Assembly: GCA_022545645.1 (NCBI GenBank)
Contig: JACZQQ010000001.1
Coordinates: 1-33,532, forward strand
Direction: 5' to 3'
Length of the DNA stretch: 33,532 nt
Source of the DNA: Acidobacteriota bacterium
GTDB taxonomy: Bacteria; Acidobacteriota; UBA6911; RPQK01; JADFOI01
Shown: in pieces, positions 23,141 through 31,495 of the stretch
How the letters are laid out: every line of letters starts with the position of its first letter
Position numbering within the stretch: the first letter of the stretch is position 1
Translations under genes and position numbers: made by a program
Notes under the pieces: generated by a model
Database searches by the model: none
Told to the model about the DNA's origin: nothing
What the model saw: only the letters and a program-made list of their open reading frames with translations

Positions 23141-23170
23141 ATAATACGACCGATTCAGTTATTCTGTCAA
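23141..23170 (-). promoter_or_regulatory. sigma-70-type promoter driving the riboswitch-thrC-lysC transcript
   Basis: The minus strand reads TTGACA (23170-23165), an 18-nt spacer, then TATTAT (23146-23141). The predicted transcription start is a few nt before the P1 helix. Confidence 0.5.
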
Positions 23171-23172
23171 GG

Positions 23173-24672
23173 ATGGAAAAGACGGTGAGGCCTTTCACAA
23201 AAAGGGTTTTGCAGACCCTTGACCGATATCAACTTCTTAAAGAGGGAGATCATACCCTGGTGGCGCTTTCGGGAGGTCCCGACTCTGTGGCGCTGCTCCT
23301 GGTCTTACAGGAGCTACGGGACAGGTTGTCACTGGAGCTATCCGCAGCCCACCTGAATCACCAGTTGAGGGGAGAAGAATCGGAGCAGGATGAGCAGTTT
23401 GTCTGCGACCTGTGCCGAAAACTCGCCATTCCCATCGAGGTCAGGCGCGTCGACACAGGGCATGCCGTGAGAGAAAGTGGTGAGAACCTGGAAAGTTGCG
23501 CACGCCGACTCCGCTACGATTTTCTCTTTGAGGTGGCCGGGAGGCAGGAGAGTCGAGTGGCAACAGGACATACGCTGAATGATCAGGCGGAAACCTTTTT
23601 GATGAAACTGGTTCGAGGATCTGGCCCGGCGGGTCTTTCCGGAATCTCTCCGCTACGCGTCAATTGGATGGGAACTCCCGGAACCTCCCTCTCCGTCACC
23701 GTGGTGAGACCGCTGCTGGGAACCTTGCGCCAGGATGTTCTGGACTACCTGGCGGATCAAAACCAGACTTACCGGATCGATTCGTCGAATCAAGATCTCA
23801 GTCTGGATCGAAATTGGGTCCGTCACCAGCTCATTCCCCTGTTGCAGGAGAGACTGAATCCGGCCCTGCTTGAGACTTTGCAAAGAAGCACCGAGCTGTT
23901 TGGAGAGGTCGAGGAGTTTTTGGGCCGGCAGGGGAAGGAGGCTTTCAATCGCTGCCGATCAGGAGGGGATCGAGGAACAAGGCTGCGCATCAGCGCGCTG
24001 GAAAATCTACCCGCCATTATTGCAAAGGAGGTCATTCGACGAGCCATAGCGACCTCAAAAGGGGATCTCCGCGACATCAACCTGAAGCACGTTGAGGAGG
24101 TTCTCCAGCTGAGTCGCATCACCAGTGGAAAGGAGATCCATTTACCGGGAGGGTTAAGGGTGCAGCGAGAATTCGAAGACTTGCGGTTTACCCTGGAGCC
24201 CCCGCCCGGCCCCTTTTCCTATCCCTTGAAGGTGCCTGGAGAAATCTACATCAAGGAAACGTCGAAATGTGTCGAGGCGCGAACGGGCCACGGGCGTAGA
24301 GAGGGAAAGAGAGAAAGAGAAAAAGAGAACAAAGGAGAGAGGAATAGAGAGGAATCTGTTTGGATCAAGTGGAGTGGGGAGAGCCTGACCGTTCGCAATC
24401 GCCGGCCGGGAGATATGTACCGTACTTCCTTGAAGTCCGGGGAAAAGAAACTGAAGGAATTGTTTCAAAAGGACCGAATTCCCAAGAGCCAACGAGACCG
24501 GTTGGTGGTGGTTGAAGGGGACAACGAGATTATCTGGGTGGAAGGATTCCCTGTTCAGCCGAAATATCGAGTTTCCCCGAGCGCTGCCCGAGCCTTGGAA
24601 ATTCGGTTGCGTCATGAAACTTCCGGTGGGAAAGAGCCTCTAAAGGAACGAGGAAAGAAGGTGGAAAAATGA
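23173..24672 (+). CDS. tilS: tRNA(Ile)-lysidine synthase
   Basis: PP-loop motif LVALSGGPDSVALL. HLNHQLRG and the C-terminal TilS substrate domain (RRPGD...KKLKELFQKDRIP) are present. The ATG at 23173 is preferred because the 27 upstream codons would run across the riboswitch promoter. Confidence 0.85.
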   Translation: MEKTVRPFTKRVLQTLDRYQLLKEGDHTLVALSGGPDSVALLLVLQELRDRLSLELSAAHLNHQLRGEESEQDEQFVCDLCRKLAIPIEVRRVDTGHAVRESGENLESCARRLRYDFLFEVAGRQESRVATGHTLNDQAETFLMKLVRGSGPAGLSGISPLRVNWMGTPGTSLSVTVVRPLLGTLRQDVLDYLADQNQTYRIDSSNQDLSLDRNWVRHQLIPLLQERLNPALLETLQRSTELFGEVEEFLGRQGKEAFNRCRSGGDRGTRLRISALENLPAIIAKEVIRRAIATSKGDLRDINLKHVEEVLQLSRITSGKEIHLPGGLRVQREFEDLRFTLEPPPGPFSYPLKVPGEIYIKETSKCVEARTGHGRREGKREREKENKGERNREESVWIKWSGESLTVRNRRPGDMYRTSLKSGEKKLKELFQKDRIPKSQRDRLVVVEGDNEIIWVEGFPVQPKYRVSPSAARALEIRLRHETSGGKEPLKERGKKVEK

Positions 24673-24730
24673 AACCCGTCGAAACCCAGACGCGTAAAAG
24701 GATTAGGGGAAGCCGGCGCGGTTTGCCCAT

Positions 24731-24760
24731 TTGGATATCGGGAGCTGAATAGCCTATAAT
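24731..24760 (+). promoter_or_regulatory. sigma-70-type promoter upstream of ftsH
   Basis: TTGGAT (24731-24736), an 18-nt spacer, then TATAAT (24755-24760). It lies ~60 nt before the ftsH TTG start. Confidence 0.4.
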
Positions 24761-24819
24761 AGAAGAGTTAAAGCGTTGAGACGGGCAAAATCTCGGCTTC
24801 CGTCGGAAGGTCATAGGCG

Positions 24820-26766
24820 TTGAATACCACAGCGAAAAACGTTTTTCTCTGGATTGTTATTATTGTTGCCGTAGTCGTGCTGTGGAATTTTCTCAACACG
24901 GTGCGCAGCGGAAACGTTGACGAGGTGAACTACTCTGAATTCACCTCTATGGTCAAAAACGACAAAATTAGAAGTTATCCCACCTCTCCCGTCACCTTGA
25001 GCGGAAATGAAGTCGAAGGTAAATACCTCGATTCTGTCACTGACACAGAGCGTAAGTTCCGGGTCATCATTCCCAAGGGATCCGAAGAGACCATTGCCAA
25101 TACCCTGAATGAAAAGGGCATCATCGTTAAAGTCAACGATGATGACCAGAATTCTTTCGTTTATATGCTCCTGACCTCCTGGTTTCCCATTATTCTGTTC
25201 GTGGGCTTCTGGATTTTTCTCATGCGCCAAATGCAAAGCGGTGGGAACAAGGCGCTTTCCTTTGGGAAGAGCCGGGCCAAGCTATCGACCAACCACCAGA
25301 AGAAGGTGACCTTCAAGGATGTGGCTGGTGTCGAGGAAGCGAAGGAGGAACTTCAGGAAATCATTGAGTTCCTGAAAGAACCTCAGAAATTCCAGAAGCT
25401 GGGTGGACGAATCCCCAAGGGCGTACTCCTGATGGGTCCTCCCGGGACGGGGAAGACTCTTTTGGCCCGGGCCATCGCAGGAGAAGCCAGCGTTCCCTTT
25501 TTCAGCATCAGCGGATCTGATTTTGTTGAGATGTTCGTCGGCGTGGGGGCGAGCCGGGTTAGAGACCTTTTTGAGCAAGGGAAGAAGAATGCACCCTGCA
25601 TCATCTTTATTGATGAAATTGACGCCGTTGGACGGCATCGTGGTGCCGGTTTGGGGGGAGGGCACGACGAACGAGAACAGACCCTGAATCAGTTGCTGGT
25701 TGAAATGGACGGGTTCGAATCCAACGAGGGAGTGATTCTCATTGCTGCGACCAACCGTCCCGATGTACTGGATCCTGCTCTTATGCGCCCAGGTCGTTTC
25801 GATCGTGAAGTTGTGGTGACGTTGCCCGATATCAAAGGAAGGGAAGGCATTATCAAGGTCCACACTCGACGGATTCCGTTTGCAAAGGACGTGGACATCT
25901 CGATTCTTGCTCGAGGGACTCCGGGAATGTCCGGAGCCCAGCTGGCCAATCTGGTCAATGAGGCCGCACTGAATGCGGCTAGATTCGACCGCAAGTCAGT
26001 GGCCATGGCGGACTTTGAAGAGGCCAAAGACAAGGTGTTGATGGGCAAAGAGCGTAAATCCATGATCATGAGTGACGAGGAGAAGCGCAATACCGCCTAC
26101 CATGAGGCGGGTCATGCGCTTGCGGCTCATCTGCTTCCTGACGCAGATCCGCTGCACAAAGTCACCATTATCCCTCGGGGAAGGGCCTTGGGTGTGACCA
26201 TGCAGCTCCCCGAGGAAGATAAGTACAGCTACACCAGGGAATATATGGAAGCTTCCCTGACGATTCTGCTGGCAGGGCGAGTTGCGGAAGAACTCGTTCT
26301 TGGAAGCTGCACAACAGGTGCCTCCAATGATCTGGAACGGGTAACGGAACGAGCCCGTAAGATGGTTTGTGAGTGGGGCATGAGCGAAGAAATAGGACCC
26401 TTGAGCTACGGTAAGAAGGAAGAACAGATTTTCCTGGGCAGGGAAATCGCACAGCACCAGGATTACAGTGAAAACACTGCGATGCAGATTGACAAGGAAG
26501 TCAAGAAGGTTGTGCTGGCGGCTTACGCCGAGGCCAGAAAGCTTTTGGAAGAAAACCGGGACGCCCTGATTCTAGTGGCGGAAGCCTTGTTGGAGTACGA
26601 AACCCTGGATGGGAATGAAGTCAAAGCAGTCATCAAGGGCGAAAAGATCCACCGGGAACTCGAAGTGGAGCCTCCTGATGCACCAGAACCTGAGCAGGAG
26701 GAGAAGGAGCAGGAAAAGTCGCTGCCGTCTCTGGTCAATCCTGACGAGCGCCCAGCCCCCGCGTGA
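24820..26766 (+). CDS. ftsH: ATP-dependent zinc metalloprotease FtsH
   Basis: Two N-terminal TM segments. Walker A GPPGTGKT, Walker [12 protein letters not shown] region and the HEAGHA zinc site are present. TTG start with GGAAGG upstream. Confidence 0.95.
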   Translation: MNTTAKNVFLWIVIIVAVVVLWNFLNTVRSGNVDEVNYSEFTSMVKNDKIRSYPTSPVTLSGNEVEGKYLDSVTDTERKFRVIIPKGSEETIANTLNEKGIIVKVNDDDQNSFVYMLLTSWFPIILFVGFWIFLMRQMQSGGNKALSFGKSRAKLSTNHQKKVTFKDVAGVEEAKEELQEIIEFLKEPQKFQKLGGRIPKGVLLMGPPGTGKTLLARAIAGEASVPFFSISGSDFVEMFVGVGASRVRDLFEQGKKNAPCIIFIDEIDAVGRHRGAGLGGGHDEREQTLNQLLVEMDGFESNEGVILIAATNRPDVLDPALMRPGRFDREVVVTLPDIKGREGIIKVHTRRIPFAKDVDISILARGTPGMSGAQLANLVNEAALNAARFDRKSVAMADFEEAKDKVLMGKERKSMIMSDEEKRNTAYHEAGHALAAHLLPDADPLHKVTIIPRGRALGVTMQLPEEDKYSYTREYMEASLTILLAGRVAEELVLGSCTTGASNDLERVTERARKMVCEWGMSEEIGPLSYGKKEEQIFLGREIAQHQDYSENTAMQIDKEVKKVVLAAYAEARKLLEENRDALILVAEALLEYETLDGNEVKAVIKGEKIHRELEVEPPDAPEPEQEEKEQEKSLPSLVNPDERPAPA

Positions 26767-27686
26767 GCAAGGATACTCTTACTTTTTCATCGTGGCCCAG
26801 TGGCACGATTGGCTCCGATGTGTCCATGTCCAGAAGAGCCTATGTTCTGCGGGCCCGCGATAAAAAACTGGAACTTGGAAGACGCACCCGGGTCATGGGA
26901 GTCGTCAATATTACCCCCGACTCCTTCTTCGATGGGGGCCGTTGTTTCGAGCGTTCAAAAGCAGTGGAATGTTGTCTGCAGTTGGTCGAGAGTGGTGCCG
27001 ATATTATCGATCTGGGCGGGGAATCCTCCCGACCTGGCGCTGAGCCGATATCTGTCCAGGAAGAACTGGAACGGGTTTTACCGGTACTACAGGAGGTTCG
27101 TAAACAGGTGCCGGTACTCATTTCGGTGGATACCTGCAAATCTGCGGTGGCACGTGAGGCACTCAAAGAAGGAGCAGATATTGTCAACGACATCAGCGCC
27201 TTTCGTCTGGATCCGGAAATGCCGCGGGTGGTCAAGGAGTGGGATGCAGCGGTGGTGCTGATGCATATGCGTGGAACCCCTCAGATCATGCAGGAACTCC
27301 CTCCCAGTGAGGATATCCTGGAAGAGGTTCAGACGGATTTGCAGGCAGCGGTTTCGAAGGCCTCCGAAAACGGCATTCCGGAGGAGAGCATCATCATCGA
27401 TCCAGGTATTGGTTTCGGCAAAACGGTTGAAGATAACTGCAGGATCTTGAACCGGTTATCCTTTCTCGAGACCTTTGATTTGCCGGTGCTGGTCGGAACT
27501 TCTCGAAAGAGTTTCCTGGGCGGTATTTTGGATATCCCTGCTCAAGATCGAATCTGGGGTAGTGCGGCCTCTGTGGCCGTTGCCATCATGCGGGGAGCCC
27601 ACATCGTGAGATTGCATGATGTGGCAGAGATGAACCAGGTTGCCCAAATCACGGACGCCATCCTGACGGAGAGTCGTTTGCAATAA
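26763..27686 (+). CDS. folP: dihydropteroate synthase
   Basis: [26 protein letters not shown] and the GFGK motif are present. The start is uncertain: the GTG at 26763 overlaps the ftsH stop (GTGA), and the in-frame ATG at 26826 gives a more canonical N-terminal length. Confidence 0.85.
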   Translation: MSKDTLTFSSWPSGTIGSDVSMSRRAYVLRARDKKLELGRRTRVMGVVNITPDSFFDGGRCFERSKAVECCLQLVESGADIIDLGGESSRPGAEPISVQEELERVLPVLQEVRKQVPVLISVDTCKSAVAREALKEGADIVNDISAFRLDPEMPRVVKEWDAAVVLMHMRGTPQIMQELPPSEDILEEVQTDLQAAVSKASENGIPEESIIIDPGIGFGKTVEDNCRILNRLSFLETFDLPVLVGTSRKSFLGGILDIPAQDRIWGSAASVAVAIMRGAHIVRLHDVAEMNQVAQITDAILTESRLQ

Positions 27687-28498
27687 TGGCCGATTTTCAA
27701 CTCCAGATCTGGGATATCATCGATATACTGGTGATTGCCTTCATTCTCTATCAGGTCCTGCTCCTGATCAAGGGCACCCGAGGATGGCAAATGACGCTGG
27801 GGATTACCTCCCTGTTTTTCTTCTACTACCTGAGCCGGTTCATGGAATTGAGGACCATCGAATGGTTGTTGGCCAATTTCTTCACCTACTTTATCTTTGC
27901 CCTGATTGTCATTTTTCAGTCAGAGATACGAAGGGGACTGGCGCAAATAGGAAGGGGACGTTTCATCCTGAGACTCACGGGTAAAAAACCTGAGAAACAG
28001 TTTGACGAGATCATACTGGCTGCCACCACTCTCTCCAGCCAGAGAATAGGAGCGCTGATCGTTATCGAGAGAGAGATTGGACTGAAAAATTACATCGAAA
28101 GCGGGATTAAGCTGGATGCCTTTTTGACCTACGATCTTCTGGTCACGATTTTCAATCCCAAGACCCCTCTGCACGACGGGGCGGTCATCCTACAGGAGAA
28201 CCGGATCAGTGCGGCCGCATGCTTTTTACCCCTGACTCTAGATCCCTACTTGAGTAAGGAATTGGGGACTCGGCACCGCGCTGCTATCGGGATTACCGAG
28301 GAAACCGATGCTGTGGCTGTCGTTGTTTCTGAAGAAACCGGTAAAACCTCGGTTGTCTTTGGTGGAGAAATCGTGCGCAACCTGGATGGCCCTCGATTGC
28401 TCAAGGTTTTGCAGAAAACGATGGAGGGTCAGGCCCAAGCCCTCAACTTTAAAACCCAGGGGCAAAAGGAAGCAGAACAGCGAGAACAGGCAGTATGA
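27686..28498 (+). CDS. cdaA: diadenylate cyclase CdaA (three N-terminal TM segments plus DAC domain)
   Basis: N-terminus WDIIDILVIAFILYQVLLLIKGTR. The DAC motifs PLHDGAVIL and GTRHRAAIGITE are present. The start shares 1 nt with the folP stop (TAATG). Confidence 0.9.
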   Translation: MADFQLQIWDIIDILVIAFILYQVLLLIKGTRGWQMTLGITSLFFFYYLSRFMELRTIEWLLANFFTYFIFALIVIFQSEIRRGLAQIGRGRFILRLTGKKPEKQFDEIILAATTLSSQRIGALIVIEREIGLKNYIESGIKLDAFLTYDLLVTIFNPKTPLHDGAVILQENRISAAACFLPLTLDPYLSKELGTRHRAAIGITEETDAVAVVVSEETGKTSVVFGGEIVRNLDGPRLLKVLQKTMEGQAQALNFKTQGQKEAEQREQAV

Positions 28499-29427
28499 AT
28501 ATTCTGCGGGAGTTTCTCTTCAACAATATTGGGCTCAAAGCGATCTCTCTTTTGCTTGCCTTACTGCTCTGGTTGCAGGTTGCCGGCCAGCAGACAGTCC
28601 AGCAGAAACTTGATCTTCCCGTCGTCTTTGTGAATATGGCCCCCGAAATGGAAATTTCCAACGACTATGTAAGACGAGTGGATGTGGTTCTGAGTTCCCG
28701 GCGAGGCACTTCCAACTTCGAAGACGGAAGTCTGACCGTCAAAATAGACCTCAGAGGATCAACCCCCGGAGCCGAAAAGTCGTATCCTTTAACTGCAGAC
28801 AACATCTCAGACAGGCCTTCTGGTGTGGAAGTCGTGAGTATCTCTCCGACCAGCATCCGCCTGCTGTTGGAAAATACGATACGAAAGAGTATCGAGGTCG
28901 TGCCTGAACTGGTGGGTGAGCCTGCTGAAGGATTTCAGGTCACCAAGGTGACTGCTCCTTGGGTGACCATTATTGGTCCCCAATCGCGGGTCCAGGAAGT
29001 CTCTGAGGCTCAAACCGAACCCATTGGGATAACGGGATTGTCTTCGACCTTGGTGAGCAACGTGGCAGTGGATATCGGTGAAGTTGCTCTGCGTATGGAA
29101 CCGGCCTCGGTGGATATTGTCGTCACTATTGAAGAGGAAAGACGGAAAGTGCAAGTTCGCAGAATTCCCATCGAGTTGCTTCCGGAGGGCATTGAAGCGA
29201 CGCTGATGACCCGGCGGGTGGAGGTCGTTGGGACCGTGCCCCTCTCGTTTTCCGGAGAGCTCACGGTGCAGGATTTTCAGGCTACGGTGAACGTTGAGAC
29301 ATTGGAGCCGCGACAAGAGTCATACGAATTGGCCCCACAAATTACCTTAAGATCTGACGAGTATGTAGGCACTTTCCGAATACAATCGGTGATTCCAGAC
29401 ACCATTAAGGTAAGAAGAGTCAGGTGA
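28495..29427 (+). CDS. cdaR: YbbR-domain protein (CdaA regulator CdaR)
   Basis: One N-terminal TM segment, then repeated beta-rich YbbR-like modules. It occupies the conserved position between cdaA and glmM. ATGA start overlap. Confidence 0.7.
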   Translation: MNILREFLFNNIGLKAISLLLALLLWLQVAGQQTVQQKLDLPVVFVNMAPEMEISNDYVRRVDVVLSSRRGTSNFEDGSLTVKIDLRGSTPGAEKSYPLTADNISDRPSGVEVVSISPTSIRLLLENTIRKSIEVVPELVGEPAEGFQVTKVTAPWVTIIGPQSRVQEVSEAQTEPIGITGLSSTLVSNVAVDIGEVALRMEPASVDIVVTIEEERRKVQVRRIPIELLPEGIEATLMTRRVEVVGTVPLSFSGELTVQDFQATVNVETLEPRQESYELAPQITLRSDEYVGTFRIQSVIPDTIKVRRVR

Positions 29428-29428
29428 C

Positions 29429-30772
29429 ATGCGTGAGCTGTTCGGGACCGATGGTGTTCGCGGAATCGCCGGCGAATATCCGCTGGATCTCTCCACCCTT
29501 TACAAATTAGGCAAGGCCGTCGTTCGCTCCGGCAAACGGAGCATCCTGATTGGCAGAGATACTCGTGCCAGTGGGCTCTGGATCGAGAATGTCCTGCAAC
29601 AAGCTATCGTCTGGCAGGGAGGGATGGTCACTCTGGCCGATGTGATCACAACGCCTGGGGTGGCCATTCTTTCCCGCGATGTTCCTTTTGATGCGGGAAT
29701 TGTTATATCCGCGTCACACAACCCTTACCAAGACAACGGAATAAAGATCTTCTCCAGCAGCGGAATCAAACTGACGGACGAAGAAGAAGAGTGGATCGAA
29801 GAGGAAGTGGCCGGAGATTCGAATTCCGATCCTCTTCCACTGATTGCCAAAGATCGGAACCAGGAAGAGATCATTACCTTTAATCGCGAGTTGGTAGGAC
29901 GCTACATTGATTTTTTGCGGAGTGTCTCATCGGTGGGTGTTCTCAAGTCTCTGAAAATCGTTTTGGATTGTGCCCATGGTGCAGCGTTTCACATTGCTCC
30001 TCAAGTGTTTCGAGAGTTGGGAGCCGAGGTGGTGGTCCTAAACGCCGAACCCAATGGTCGGAATATCAATCACGACTGTGGAGCTGTTTACCCCCAAGGG
30101 ATGGCTCAGGCCGTGGTCGATTCTCAGGCTTCCTTGGGTGTGGCCTTTGATGGAGATTGTGATCGAGCCATTTTCTGTGATGCAAAGGGCAATCTTTTGG
30201 ACGGGGATTACACTCTCTTTATCCTGGCACGATTTTTTCAACAGAGGGGACAATTGGAGTCCGGATGTGTGGTTTCTACGGTGATGGCCAATAAAGGCTT
30301 GGAAGTAGCGCTAAAGAAGGAAAGGATACGGATGTTGCGCACCCAGGTTGGAGATCGCTATGTCCTGGGAGAAATGCTTCGAGGAAACCACGCTCTGGGA
30401 GGTGAGCAGTCCGGCCACCTGATCATGAGGGCCAACAGCTTAGTGGGAGACGGAATCCTGAGTGCTTTGAAGATGAGCCAGATTCTGTTGGAGGAGGGCG
30501 GATCCTTGGATGACCTGGCTCGCGGGTTTGAAAAGTTTCCACAGATTCTGATCAATGTTCGGGTCAGGAAGAAGCGTGACTACTCGAAGATTGCCGAGAT
30601 TCAGAAGGAAATTGAAGCGGCCAGTAAAAACCTCGGGGAGAGAGGACGAGTTGTGATTCGCTACTCAGGTACCGAACCACTGGTAAGAATCATGTTGGAG
30701 GGAGAAAAAGAGACAGAAATCAAGAAATATGCGGAGACGATTGCGGCGCGGTTTCAGGAGAAGCTGGGGTAA
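29429..30772 (+). CDS. glmM: phosphoglucosamine mutase
   Basis: N-terminus FGTDGVRG. The phosphoserine loop SASHNPYQDNGIK, the metal site FDGDCDR and GGEQSGH are present. Confidence 0.95.
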   Translation: MRELFGTDGVRGIAGEYPLDLSTLYKLGKAVVRSGKRSILIGRDTRASGLWIENVLQQAIVWQGGMVTLADVITTPGVAILSRDVPFDAGIVISASHNPYQDNGIKIFSSSGIKLTDEEEEWIEEEVAGDSNSDPLPLIAKDRNQEEIITFNRELVGRYIDFLRSVSSVGVLKSLKIVLDCAHGAAFHIAPQVFRELGAEVVVLNAEPNGRNINHDCGAVYPQGMAQAVVDSQASLGVAFDGDCDRAIFCDAKGNLLDGDYTLFILARFFQQRGQLESGCVVSTVMANKGLEVALKKERIRMLRTQVGDRYVLGEMLRGNHALGGEQSGHLIMRANSLVGDGILSALKMSQILLEEGGSLDDLARGFEKFPQILINVRVRKKRDYSKIAEIQKEIEAASKNLGERGRVVIRYSGTEPLVRIMLEGEKETEIKKYAETIAARFQEKLG

Positions 30773-30787
30773 GCACAGACCGCCGAC

Positions 30788-30854
30788 CTGGGGACAGGCC
30801 CAGAATTCTGGCGGAAACCCTTGAATTTAAAGGAGAATTCTTGGGGCTGGCACC
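30788..30854. repeat. inverted pair of the GGGGACAG(T/G)CCCA(A)GAATTCT REP family (same family as 10058-10084); probable glmM terminator
   Basis: CTGGGGACAGGCCCAGAATTCT at 30788-30809 faces AGAATTCTTGGGGCTGGCACC at 30834-30854. GGAGAATTCTTGGG (30833-30846) is identical to the reverse complement of 10069-10082. Confidence 0.7.
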
Positions 30855-30897
30855 AAACTACCACACCCCGCTTCGCAACAAGAACCTATGTATACTC

Positions 30898-30998
30898 GTC
30901 TGTCGTGTGTTGTCAGTCGTCTGTTGTCAGCGGTCAGCGGTCTGTGGTCTGCCGCCCGGAGTCAGGAGGTCAGGTGGTCAGGTGGTCAGCCGGTTAGG
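30898..30998 (+). repeat. GT-rich degenerate 7-8-nt tandem array (GTCWG core, at least 11 units) forming the 5' leader of hldC
   Basis: Heptamers: GTCAGTC GTCTGTT GTCAGCG GTCAGCG GTCTGTG GTCTGCC (30912-30953). Octamers: GAGTCAGG AGGTCAGG TGGTCAGG TGGTCAGC CGGTTAGG (30959-30998). The array runs directly into the AGGAG RBS. Confidence 0.8.
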
Positions 30999-31006
30999 AG
31001 ATTAGT

Positions 31007-31495
31007 GTGGAAACTTCTCGGGCGAAGATCAAATCTCGGCAGGAGCTCAAGGGGATTTTGGAGCAACTGAAAGCCGATGGGAAGAAGATCGTTTTTACCA
31101 ACGGGTGCTTCGATCTTCTCCATCCTGGCCACGTGCATTATTTGGAGAAAGCGAAGGCCCAGGGAGATGTTCTGGTGGTGGCTCTAAACACCGATCCTTC
31201 GGTAAGAAAAATCAAAGGCCAGGACCGGCCTGTGCTGGGTGAAGAGGACCGCTGCGAGATCATCAGTGCACTGGGTTGTGTCGATTTTGTAACAACTTTT
31301 GAGGAAGAGACTCCTCAAACTATTATCGAAGAACTGATCCCGCAAGTCCTGATCAAGGGCGGTGATTGGCCCATCAATCAAATTGTGGGCCGGAAGATTG
31401 TGGAATCAAACGGTGGAAGGGTTATTTCAGTAGATTTTGAAAGAGAATTCTCTACATCAGACATCATTGACCGAATTCGAAGATCAGGAAAGTAG
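31007..31495 (+). CDS. hldC: D-glycero-beta-D-manno-heptose 1-phosphate adenylyltransferase (RfaE domain II / cytidylyltransferase family)
   Basis: The nucleotidyltransferase motif FTNGCFDLLHPGHVHYL is present. 162 aa. GTG start with AGGAG 6 nt upstream. Confidence 0.8.
   Translation: METSRAKIKSRQELKGILEQLKADGKKIVFTNGCFDLLHPGHVHYLEKAKAQGDVLVVALNTDPSVRKIKGQDRPVLGEEDRCEIISALGCVDFVTTFEEETPQTIIEELIPQVLIKGGDWPINQIVGRKIVESNGGRVISVDFEREFSTSDIIDRIRRSGK

Noticed and set aside
23092-23172. Upstream extension of tilS from GTG 23092
   Set aside because: It would cross the SAM-riboswitch 5' end and promoter. The conserved TilS N-terminus begins right after the ATG at 23173.
24673-24819. Looked for hpt/hprT or a small gene between tilS and ftsH
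   Set aside because: The gap is only 147 nt with no ORF. A plausible promoter and RBS for ftsH account for it.
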